From Ginglymostoma cirratum (taxonomy: Eukaryota): a stretch of 64,000 bases of DNA. Positions 53,565 to 64,000 of the stretch are shown here, one piece after another (positions within the stretch are counted from its first letter, which is position 1; the number at the start of each line of letters is the position of its first letter). The position numbers were made by a program, and so were the translations under genes. Location: the NCBI GenBank assembly GCA_024137785.1, contig JAHRHZ010000039.1, positions 62,001 through 126,000 on the forward strand. Direction: 5' to 3'. The notes below the pieces were generated by a model. The model did no database searches. It saw only the letters and a program-made list of their open reading frames with translations, and was not told the DNA's origin.

Positions 53565-53670
53565 TGAGTTCTGAAACAATACAGCCTGGTGTTTCTGTCA
53601 CATGTTGTTTTATGTACCTGAGAAAATCCAGCAAGCTTATCAAACAAACTGATCTTGAGTTAACACATGG
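53565..53670 (+). CDS. Candidate internal exon (phase 1-2)
   Basis: tgtctttctttactgacag|; open frame VSSETIQPGVSVTCCFMYLRKSSKLIKQTDLELTHG; donor gtaaaa. The acceptor overlaps a gtgagt, so it is ambiguous. Confidence 0.35.
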
Positions 53671-54602
53671 GTAAAACCCTGTCTTAAGCATATTTAAAAG
53701 AACTTTTTACAACTAATGTGAGTGAATTCAGCACCAATGTAACATAAGTTAGATATTTGAAACATAAAACACTGGATTTTCGTACCTGAAAATGCTTGTA
53801 TTGGGCACATCTTTAATTGAAAGAGAGTGATACAACTTGGCTAAAAAGCCAAATCCCAAAAATGTCCATGTGAACTTTCAGTAGTAAATCCACCAATTTT
53901 CTTTCTGTAATCTAGTTTCCAGAGCAGCTCACAATGCTCCAGATGTGTACTATATGATGAGAGAATTATTTTCTTTGATCTACATTTGATTCTTCCTTTC
54001 ATATAACCAAATAATCCATTAGTTATTTTGGCAGCAGCCAGAAATTCTTCAAGGAACTATCTGCAATGATCATAATTCTAATAGTTCTTGGGTTCCTTTT
54101 CAAACTGACTTCATTCAACATTTTCCTATTAAGCTATTTAATTTTTTAAAAGGCATTTTCCCAAAATTTTTGATGTTTTTCCTGGGTCTACCACCTTAAC
54201 TTTAATGGAGACCATTAAGTAACTCAGGAATCATATAAACAGCTACTTTTTGCCATGTTGCTGAGTCTCCTGCTGAAGATATAATGGGGCAACACCCAAA
54301 AGACTGTCAAGTTCTCCAACATATATCATTATCTGAAATATTTATTGGAATGTTGTTTATTTTTACATATGCTTTCTAATCAACATTGTCAATAGACTTT
54401 GCATAATTTATTACATTTCTGAGGGATTAAACTAAATTCGGCTCTTGAGAGTAGTACCTTTTCATCTTAAGAATCTGGCTTTGAAAATATAAACTCAAAA
54501 CAAATTTTAAAAAGACTTAGGCTGAACAGTGCTATTAATGGCTTCTGGTATCCATTGTTGATTAGGCATCCAGCACATTTCTACCTTAAAAAGTCAAGCA
54601 AT

Positions 54603-57378
54603 GAGGGAGGTAGTGGCATAATGGTAATGTCATTGGACTCATAATTCAGAGCACCAGGTTGGCATCCAAATCCCACCTTATGAACTGGTGGAGCTTGAAT
54701 TCAATAAAACTGTGGAATTAAAAGAAAACACTTGTCCAATGGCAACCATGTAACCACTATCAATTGTCAAAGGGCAATTGAGGAGCAAATATGGTTGTAA
54801 TAATAGAGGATTTTAACTTTCCAAACATAGACTAGAACTGTCATAGTGTCAAGAGTTTGGATGGGAGGAAGTTGATAAGTGTGTTCAAGAAAATTTTCTT
54901 CATTAATATGTAGATGTAACCACTAAAGAAGGACCTGAGGGGCAACCTCTTCACACAGAGGGTGGTGATTATATGAAATGAGCTGTCAGAGAAAGTGGTA
55001 GTGGCAAGTACAGTTACAACATCGAAACTCAACCTTTACTGGGGAAATTACAAAGGGCAAGTGACTGAGGTGTTAGTGGGGGAGCACTCTGGGACCAGTG
55101 ATCATAATTCTAATAGTTTTAAAATAGTTATGGAAATTGATAGGCCTGGTCCACAAATTAAAGTTCTAAATTGGAGCATAGCCAATTTTGGTGATATTAG
55201 ACGGGAACTTTCAGAAGTTGGTTGCGGTAGGCTGTACACAGGCAAAGAGATGACTGCCAAGTGGGAGGCTTTCAAAAGTGAGATCACGAGAATTCAGAGA
55301 CAATATTTTCCCATTAGAGTGAACGGCAAGACTGTAGGAGTAGGGAACATTGGATGACTAGAGATATTGAGGTTCTGGTCAAGAAAAAGAAGGAGGCATA
55401 TGTTAGATATAGACAGCTGGGATCATACTTAAGAGGTAAGTCGGGGGGGATAAAGGGGACATGAGATAGCTTTGGCAGATAAGGCTAAGGAGAATCTAGA
55501 GATTCTACAAATACATTAAGAGCAAAAGAGCAACTCGGGAGAGAATAGGGTCACTTAAAGATCAACAAAGCCATGTGTGGAACCATAGGAGATTCACAAA
55601 GGCATGGAAGCTAGAGAACTTAGGGAAAGAAACAGTGATTGTTTTGAAAACAGTCCAGATTACAGAAGAGGTGGTGCAGGAGGACTTGAAACGCATAAAT
55701 GTGGGTAAATGCCCTGGATTTGATCAAGTGCATCCCAGGACATTGTCAGAAGCTAGGAAAGAAATTAAGGAATCCTAGCAGAGATATTTGTATTATCTAT
55801 AGCCACATGAGGTGCCAGAAGACTGGGAGATGGCTAATGTTGTGCCTTTATTTAAGGAAGGCTGCAAGGAAAAGCCCATGGACTATAGATTGGTAAGTCT
55901 GACATCAATGGTGGTAAGTTGTTTGAGGGGATTCTGAGCAACAGAATTTACATGCATTTGGAGAGAAAGGACGGATTAGGGATAGTCAGTGTTGCTTTGT
56001 GCAATGGAAATTGTGTCTCACTAACTTTGATTGAGTTTTTTGAGGACATAACCAAGATGATAGATGAGGCTAGAGTGGTAAACATTGTCCACATGGATTT
56101 TAGCAAGACCTTTGATAAAGTTTCACATGGTAGACTGGTTAGTAAAGTTAGATCGCGTGGGATTCAGGGAGAGATAGCTAATTGGATCCAAAATTGGCTT
56201 GACAATAGGAGACAGAGAGTGGTGGTAGAGGGTTGTTCAGACTGGAGGACTGTGACCAGCAGTGTTCTGCAGCGATCAGTGCTGATCCACTGTTGTTTGT
56301 CTTTTGTACAAATGATATAGATGACAATATAGGAAGTGTGGCTAGTAAGTTTGCAGATGACAGCAAAATTGGTGGTACAACGGGTTCTTTATCAGCTGGA
56401 CCAATTTGAATAAATGTAAGGTGTTGCATTTTGGTAAGGCAAAGCAGGGCTGGATTTATACAGTTAATGTAGGACCCTGGGAAATGTTGTCAAACAGAAA
56501 GACCTACTGGTTCTGGTACTTAGTTCCCTGAAAGTGGTATCACAGGCAGACAGGGTGGTAAAGAATGTGTTTCGCATGCCTGCCTTCATTGTTCAGAGCA
56601 TTGAGGACAGGAGTTGGGATGTCACATTACAATGATACAAGACATTGGTAAGGCCACATTTAAAGTACTCATACAAATCTGGTCACACTGCTATATGAAG
56701 GATGTTACTAAGCTGGAAAGGGTGCAAAAAAGATTCACAAGGATGATGCCGAAGCTGGAAGGTTTGAGTTATAAAGAAAGGATGGATAGGCTGGGACAGT
56801 TTTGCCTGGAGTGTAGGAGGCTGCCAGGTGACCTTATAGAGGTTTATAAAATCATGAGGGGCATAGATAGGGTGAGTATCCACTGTCTCTTCCCCAGGAT
56901 ATGGAGTCCAAAACAAGAGGGCATAGGTTAAAGGTCAGAGGGAAATGATTTAAAAAGGGCCTGAGGGGTAACCTTTTCACATAGAAGGTGGTACATATGT
57001 GGAATGAACTGCCAGAGAAAGTGGTAGAGGCAAGTACAGTAACAACATTTGAAAGATATTTGGACATGTACATGAACAGGAAAGGCTTAGAGGGGTATGG
57101 GCCAAATACAAGCAAATAGGAATAGTTTAGTTTAGGAAACTTGGTTAGCGTGGATGAGTTGAACTGAAATGTCTGTTTCTGTGCTGTAAGTCTCTATAAA
57201 AACTCATCTGGTTCACTGACATCCTTTGGGAAAGGAAATTTGTCATTATTACCTGCTCTGTGACTACATGTGACTCCAGACACACAGCAATGCGATGGAT
57301 TCTTAATCACTTTTTGGGAAATTCAGCATTGGCAATAAGTGATGTCCTAGCCAATTGCACCTTCATCCTGTGAAAGAA
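54603..57378 (+). mobile_element. tRNA-headed SINE split by a CR1 insertion (SINE parts about 54603-54769 and 57197-57378)
   Basis: A-box tggcataatgg at 54614; left part ends caattgtc; right part resumes aaaaactcatctggttcactgacatcc and ends in the ggcaataagtg tail. Confidence 0.8.
54770..57196 (+). mobile_element. CR1-clade LINE ORF2 (APE end + RT + 3' UTR), decayed
   Basis: GDFNF-like ggattttaactttcc, SDHN, MDFSKTFDKVSH, FADD, LERVQKRFTRM, 3' tail ctgtttctgtgctgta. Confidence 0.95.
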
Positions 57379-57812
57379 TAGTGGGAAAAATTGGAGCCCA
57401 TCAACCAGTTTATTAACAAAATGAAACAAACGTAGATACCAGTAGACCATTACATTGTCTTGCGATGGACCTCCCCAGGTTGCTTTAATTACGGCCTTGT
57501 CATCTGCTGGTGACTACATAACCTGGAAGGAGACACATGGATGATATTGAATAAGTATTTTGACTGACTACCAGCTCTACTCCAAAACGCTTTACATAAA
57601 AAGTGAGCTTTCATTTTTCCAAACCTAGCAAAATGAGGGCAATTTTTTTGCTTGAATGCTCCAAGCATGAAACGTCACTAGGTGAGATATTGACAAATCC
57701 TGCGGGCATAGAATGTGATCAATGATTGGAAGATCATTACCGCAATCACAGCATTTTAAGCCAAGGAATTGTGAAAGGTAAATCTCCATTCTAATACTTG
57801 TCAACACAAGAT

Positions 57813-58185
57813 TAGAACATAGAACATAGAACTGTACAGCACAGTACAGGCCCTTTGGCCCACGATGTTGTGCCAAACTTTTACCCTAGACCTAAGGTCT
57901 ATCTAATCTCCATTCCTACCTTATACTATCATCCATATGCCTATTGAATAACCGCTTAAATGCCCCTAATGAGGCCGACTCCACTACTCTCTCCAGCAAT
58001 ACATTCCACGCCCCTACCACTCTCTGAGTAAAGAATCTACCTCTGACATCTCTTCTATATCTACCTCCACTCACTTTAAAACTATGCCCCGTCATATAGC
58101 TACCTCCACCCTAGGAAAATTCTCCGGCTGTCCACTCTATCTATACCTCTGGTCATTTTGTACACATCTATCAAGTTATATTCTA
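57813..58185 (-). mobile_element. CR1 3' end
   Basis: Tandem agaacat tail followed by acagcacagtacaggccctttggccc. Confidence 0.85.
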
Positions 58186-61100
58186 CTTCCTTATGTTTCA
58201 AGACCCTCACTGCTTCTGCCAGTTACATTGTATGCAGCTATTAGGGATTGTAAGGTCATGATCTTATTTCCTTTTGAGCTGGAACATTGTGAGTACTAAG
58301 TCCCATTAACAAGGCAGCACGTATGCAGGATTGCATTAAACTTTCCGCATAGGTTTAAAGCAGCCTCCTGCAGAAGACTGCCGAAGTGTTGTTTTGTCCT
58401 GTGATTGTTCAGATGGCTATTCTGCCCACTGCAGGAAGGTGGTATGGTTGATACTCTGGAACAATGATAACAAGTGTGTCAGAGGGTTTTCATCACCTTG
58501 ATGATCCAACTAAAAACTAGAATATATTATGGCTGTACTTTTTGTTTCATATCTATCTAGTCAGTAGACTGTCGATGGTCGGCAGAAATGTCAGAATGTA
58601 AGTGCCTTATTACAGAATTAATTAAAATTGAAATGGGTAAAATAATTTGTATATTAAACAGTAATACAATTACATCAATAATAGTTCACAGTTGGAAGTG
58701 GTAGCTTCTACTTAGACAAGTTGATGGTGGTAGCTAGGTACAACTTCAAAGTAACAATACACATCCAGCTCTTGATGACATTTGATTTTTTTTTTGTCCA
58801 TAGTTATTCATGACAAAAGCCTGGTAGGTTTGGCCTATTTTTCAATTAAACTGGCTGCCATTTACAGGTATTATGTGGCCCTGTTATATACATATTGCAA
58901 GCTCACTGGGCTATTGTGCTGGTCAAAACTACAGAAAAGCTCATGGATAAAAGACAATGATTAATTTCTTGAAGCAGTGGATGAGGCTGTCAGCACAATA
59001 GGCAAGAGGCAATCATCAGTGCAATCATTTTCTGCTGGGGTTCGCAATGATGAAATTAGCTTGAGTATTGCGCTGCCTTTGAAGTCTTTTTCACCCCCCA
59101 TTTAGACATCAAATAATACTGCACATTTATTCCTCACAGTCTTGAAGTGTAAATTTATGCCAATTCTGAAAGTGAGGTAGAATGACTATAAATTGTTTGT
59201 GGGAAACCAAATAATAATAAAAGCACAACTGTGAAATTTGTGACATGTATTCTTGAACTATTCATGTTAACTATATGAATCCATTGGTATTTGCTTTCCC
59301 TTGCTTCATTATATACTATATATCATACACACAACTATATAACTATATCATATTGCCTGCAGAAAGCATTGTTTACATATGTATAGCACTCTATGTGTAT
59401 TTTCTGAATGTTGTTTTGTGTGCTTCTTTGTAATACATGATTGCATTAAAGATCTGTATCACTGTTCAAAGCTGTATTAAGTGTGACAAGTACATGTATA
59501 TAGTATTAATTCTCAAATGTGAGAATTTGATGAACTCCCAATTTCCTATGTTGTACGCCACAACGAGAAGATTAATGCCAATAACTAGGTAGATTGTGAA
59601 AAGTGTCTGTTTCTCCGACATATGCAAAACAGAAAGATGAGCATTTTATAGAGTTTCTCGAAACATGCCAAATCACATTACACACAATAAATTACTTTGA
59701 AATGTTGTTATATAACAAACACACCAACCATTTTGAGCACCCTAAGAAGTAATGGCAGAAATAATCTGCTAAACTATTTTCTCTGGTGTTGACAAAAGGA
59801 GGAATATTGGCCTATATACCAGGAAAGCTCATTTTCTCCTTCAAGGTGGTTAAAGTCCACTTGAACAGATAGGTGGTGTGCCAGTTTTAACATTTCATCC
59901 AAGCATCGTAATTCAACAATATTGCTCCAAATTGCCAGCCTAGTTAATGGATTTAAATTCTGGTTTGCTGTTTGAATTCTTGACCTTCTGAATCAGTTAT
60001 GGGTACTGAGGTCTGAACCAAGGTAACAAACTCACGCCATTCATGGTATTCTGTTTTGTGATGCTGTACTGTATAAGCATCAAATACAATGGCATGTTGA
60101 AAGGATTTAGTTATACAATAGCAGCCAATTCTTCACTCCAAGCTAAGCCTGGTCTCTTTTGTTTTGGAATTGTTGTAAAACTTTTCATAAGTGTACTGAT
60201 CTGACTAACTTTGATGCTCTGTGGTTAGCGAATTTGAATGATTATTCATCATTACCTACACCAGGAACTAACCTATTGGCAGATATGCAAAATTTGATGA
60301 TTGAAAGGGAACACTAATGAATCAAATATGAAGAAAACTCTTGACGTTTAAGTTCATAAATATCTCCTTACGCTGTTTTCCTCGTCTCAAAGAGAGCAGT
60401 GGCTACAAATGCAGAGCATAGTATCTTTTAAAGATCTATTAACTTTTTAAAGCATTTATTTTGCTGGAGGTTGACTGATTGTACAGCATGGTTTCTGGAG
60501 CTCACAGGACTGATCCCTTCAGCAAAGAGAATCTGAGGGACTTACTGCAGGAGGTGGCCCAGAGAGAAGTGAGACAGTGGACGCTCCTTCATATGGCGCC
60601 AAAATACAGTTGCCTGGTGGGGTGGCCTATCAGGTAGATTCTGCCCTTCTAGCACATTGGTCAGGAAAGAGAATAAGAAAATAAGTTCTCCAGACTAAAT
60701 GAGGTTGTCAAGGTAAGGAACAGGAATAGGTGCCCACTAAGAACAGTGGTACAATTTGTTATGCAGACCAAAAGAATAACTGCTCACCTAATGCCGCCAT
60801 ATTTGTAATGCATTCTGCAAAGAACTGGCCCTATCTCTCATGTATTAAATGTTCATGTAAGATGGCTGTCCAACCAATCTGTAATGCCTGAGCCACTGTA
60901 AGCCACTGGCTGTCCAAATAAATGAGAGAAAAGCTATCGACAGAGTGGACAAGTGGCTGTTTAGTGAATGGTTCCTTTGATTTTATTGCTTTCCTCAAAT
61001 CTAGCTCTCTTTTGAGTAACTCCTAGCAAGTCTCCCATCTTCCACTTCCATAATTTTGATTTCATCCTAAATTTTGTATCACAGCTTGCAGAAAATCCCC

Positions 61101-61199
61101 TTTAACCAGTTCCGATCACGCAGCTTCTTCCAGTTCCACAGACCCTCGTGACCCCTCTACTATTCCCACTCAAGATTCTAGTACATTCCGTTAAGTAAG

Positions 61200-63070
61200 T
61201 CAGTGGTGTAGTGATATTATCGCTGGATTTGAACTCAGGTTTGAATCCCACTAGAACAGATCACAGAATCTGAATCTGGAATTAAAAGTCTAATGATGAC
61301 CATTGTTGATTTACTGGAAATCCCATTATGTTCACTGATGTCATTTAGGGAAGGAAATCTGCTGTACTTACCTAATCTGACCTACATGTGACTCCAGACC
61401 TGCAGCAATGTGGTTAGCTCTTAATTGCACTCTGAAATGGCCTAGCATACCATTCAAATATGTCAAACCACTAGAAAGCCTTGAGGGATCAAGAATGAAA
61501 GCAGCTGGACCACTTGGTATTGACCTAGGCACTGGAAATAACAAGAACAACACGTCCCAATTGACTTAGCAAAGTCCTTCTTACTAACATCTTGGGCTGA
61601 TGCTGAACTTGGGACAGCTGTCTCACAAACTAGTCAAGTAACAGCCTGATATAGTCATACACAGGTAATCATACCTTACAATGTCCCAGTCAACACCGCC
61701 ACCATCCCTGGGCAAGTCAAGTCCCACCAGCAGAGCAGACCCGACACAAGTGGTAGTACAATGGTACACTCCGTTCTCATTATCTGCTGACTTATTACCC
61801 ATGGATCCAAGTACTCGTGAGGTCATCCACAGATTTTTCTCCCTGTTGTCCCATTCAGTCTGCTTCAGTAAATATCACACATTCCTTTGTGGTACATGGG
61901 AAACGTACACAGAAATCATTTTTTTTTGTTATTTGCAAGAAATCTGTGCTCCTATCCCTTGTGGATATTGAGGATTTCGTCTATACAGTCAGGAGGGAGT
62001 TGCTTTGGAAGTCCTCAACATTGACTCTAGATTTCAAAAAGTCTTATAGCATCTGGTCAAATAGGGGCAAGGAAGCCTCCTGCAAATTATTATGTATCAC
62101 AACCCCTTGACTGATGAATCAGTACACCTTCATGTTGAATTGGACTTGGAGGAGGCACTGAGAGTGGTAGGGTGCAGAATGTACTCCAAGGGACGACTTC
62201 AATGCCCATCATCAGGAGTAGCATGGCAGGTCTACTACTGATTGAGCGAGACATAACTGCTAGACTGGGACTGTTGCAAGTTGTGAGGAAAACATCACAA
62301 GGTAAAAGGATACTTGACCTCATCCTCACCAATTTGCCTTCCATAGATGCATCTGTCCATGATAGTATCAGTAAGAGTGACCACCCCTTCATGTCTTCAT
62401 AAAGAGAATACTCTTCATTGTGTTTTCTGACACAATCACCATGCTAAATGGGATACATTTTGGACAGATCTGGCAACTCAAGACTGGGTATCCATAAGGT
62501 GCTGTGAGTCGTTAGCAGCAGCAAAATTCTACTCAAGAACAATTTGCAACCTGCTATATCCCTCATTCAACCATTACCATCAATCCAGGGAATTAACCCT
62601 GGTCCAGTGGAGAGTGCAGGAAGGCTTCTGGGAGCAGTACCAGGCATACCCAAAAACTAAGTGTCAACCTGGTGATGTTTCAAAGTAGGACTACTTGTAT
62701 GCAAGAAGCATGAGCAGCAAGTGATAGAGCTAAGCGATTCCAGAGCTGGTGGATCAGATCAAAGTTCTGCATTCTTACCCCATCCAGTTGTAAATGGTGG
62801 TGAACAATTACACATCTCATAGGGGGAGGATGCTCCACAAACATTATCACCTGCAATGATGGAACAGCCCAGTTCATCATTGCAAGAGAAAAGGGTGAAG
62901 CATTTGCATCTATTTTCAGCCAGAAATGTCAAGTAGATGATCTATCTAAGCCCCCTCCATTGGTCCCCAACAGCTCAGATGTCAGTGTTCAGCCAATTCA
63001 ATTCACTCCATGTGATATCAAGAAATTATTGGAGGCACTAGATACTGACAAGACTATGGATCTCCATAGT
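61200..63070 (+). mobile_element. LINE 5' part: tRNA-like head followed by decayed APE endonuclease
   Basis: A-box 61204-61214, B-box ggtttgaatcc 61238-61248, SINE middle block 61330-61450, then LGQLSHKLVK*QPDIVI..., QVVRKTSQGKRILDLILTN, SDH and QPIQFTPCDIKKLL. Confidence 0.85.
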
Positions 63071-63075
63071 ATTAT

Positions 63076-64000
63076 GTCTTCAGGAAGTGTGTTTGGTTGC
63101 GAATCCTATCGGGTCACATGGATCGGTTGGAATGGCAGCTGGATGCATTCACAGGAGTTAGGGGGCATGATGGTTGGCACTTGCAGTAAGGGAGACAAAC
63201 TGACGATAGAGTCAGGTAGATGGGCTACTGCTAGGGAAGGTAGGAGAGGGAGGCAGGGGAGAAGGATTCACATTTTTGGATCATTGGAATCTCTTCTGGG
63301 GTAGAAGTAATGTGCATAAGAAAGACGAATTTCACCTGAATTGGAAGGGGACTAATTACTGGCAGGGAGATTTGCGAGAGCTGCTCAGGAGGATTTAAAT
63401 CAGTAAGGTTGTGTTGGGACTCAGGGAGATAGTGAGGAAAGAGATCAGTCTGAGACTGGTACAGTTGGGAAAAGGAGTAAATCAAACAGTGAGGACAAGC
63501 AGGAACAAAGCAGAAAGCGAGGTAGGACTGACATATTAAACTGCATTTATTTCAATGAAAAAAAGGCCTAACTGGTAAGGCAGATGGACTTAGGGCATGG
63601 TTGGGAACATGGGATTGGGAATATCATAACAATTACAGAGATGTGGCTCAGGGATGTACAGGACTGGCAGCTTAATGTTCCAGGGTATAGATGCTATAGG
63701 AAGGATTGAAAGGGAGGCAAGAGAGGAGGGGGTGTGTCATTTTCGATTGTGGATAACATTACAGCTGTACTCAAGGAGGATATTCCTGGGAATACATCCA
63801 GAGAAGTTATTTGGGTGGAACTGAGAAATAATAAAGGGATGATCACCTTATTGGGATTGTATATAGAACATCCCCAAAACCCCCTACCCCACCACCACCC
63901 CATCAAATAGTCAGCAGGTAATTGGGAAACAGATTTGTAAGGCGATCTCTGTTACTTGCAAGAATAATAGGGTGGTTATGGTAGGGGATTTTAACTTTCC
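63076..64000 (+). mobile_element. CR1-clade LINE 5' region (ORF1 remnant + ORF2 APE start), runs off the window
   Basis: ORF1 esterase-like GFTFLDHWNLFWGRS...HLNWKG; APE LNCIYFN...TEMWL...RGGGV...VVMVGDFNF. Confidence 0.9.

Noticed and set aside
53565-53670. CC chemokine-like SVTCCFMY motif
   Set aside because: The third cysteine expected in chemokine exon 2 is absent, and no compact three-exon structure is seen nearby.
39282-53670. Faint resemblance of candidate exon peptides to the PKD1L1 N-terminus
   Set aside because: Based on a few residues recalled from memory, and exon phases do not appear to agree; no gene symbol assigned.
58343-58441. Possible Cys-rich exon GLKQPPAEDCRSVVLSCDCSDGYSAHCRKV
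   Set aside because: Splice signals are only moderate, the phase does not follow the previous candidate, and Cys spacing matches no domain I recognise.

Overview
Vertebrate genomic DNA, not microbial. It is AT-rich, CpG-depleted and dense in decayed retrotransposons. The mix of repeats (CR1-clade LINEs with short tandem 3' tails, tRNA-headed SINEs, Penelope-like elements and their fold-back derivatives) suggests a cartilaginous fish; this is an inference. There is no intact long host ORF. The window reads as introns of a possible + strand gene with a few candidate exons (1086-1168, 29373-29498, 39282-39382, 53565-53670; gene unidentified). Most notable: (1) a Penelope-like (RT + GIY-YIG) insertion cluster at 43.4-48.3 kb, with two copies forming a large inverted repeat; (2) minimal hammerhead-ribozyme cores in the Penelope terminal repeats and fold-back elements; (3) a LINE whose endonuclease directly follows a tRNA-derived pol III head shared with a SINE family, so the SINE looks like a head+tail deletion derivative; (4) a decayed Ki-67 (MKI67)-like coding fragment at 12.7-13.9 kb; (5) a tandem array of tRNA-like heads at 22.8-24.0 kb. 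All calls were made by eye and boundaries of old repeats are approximate.
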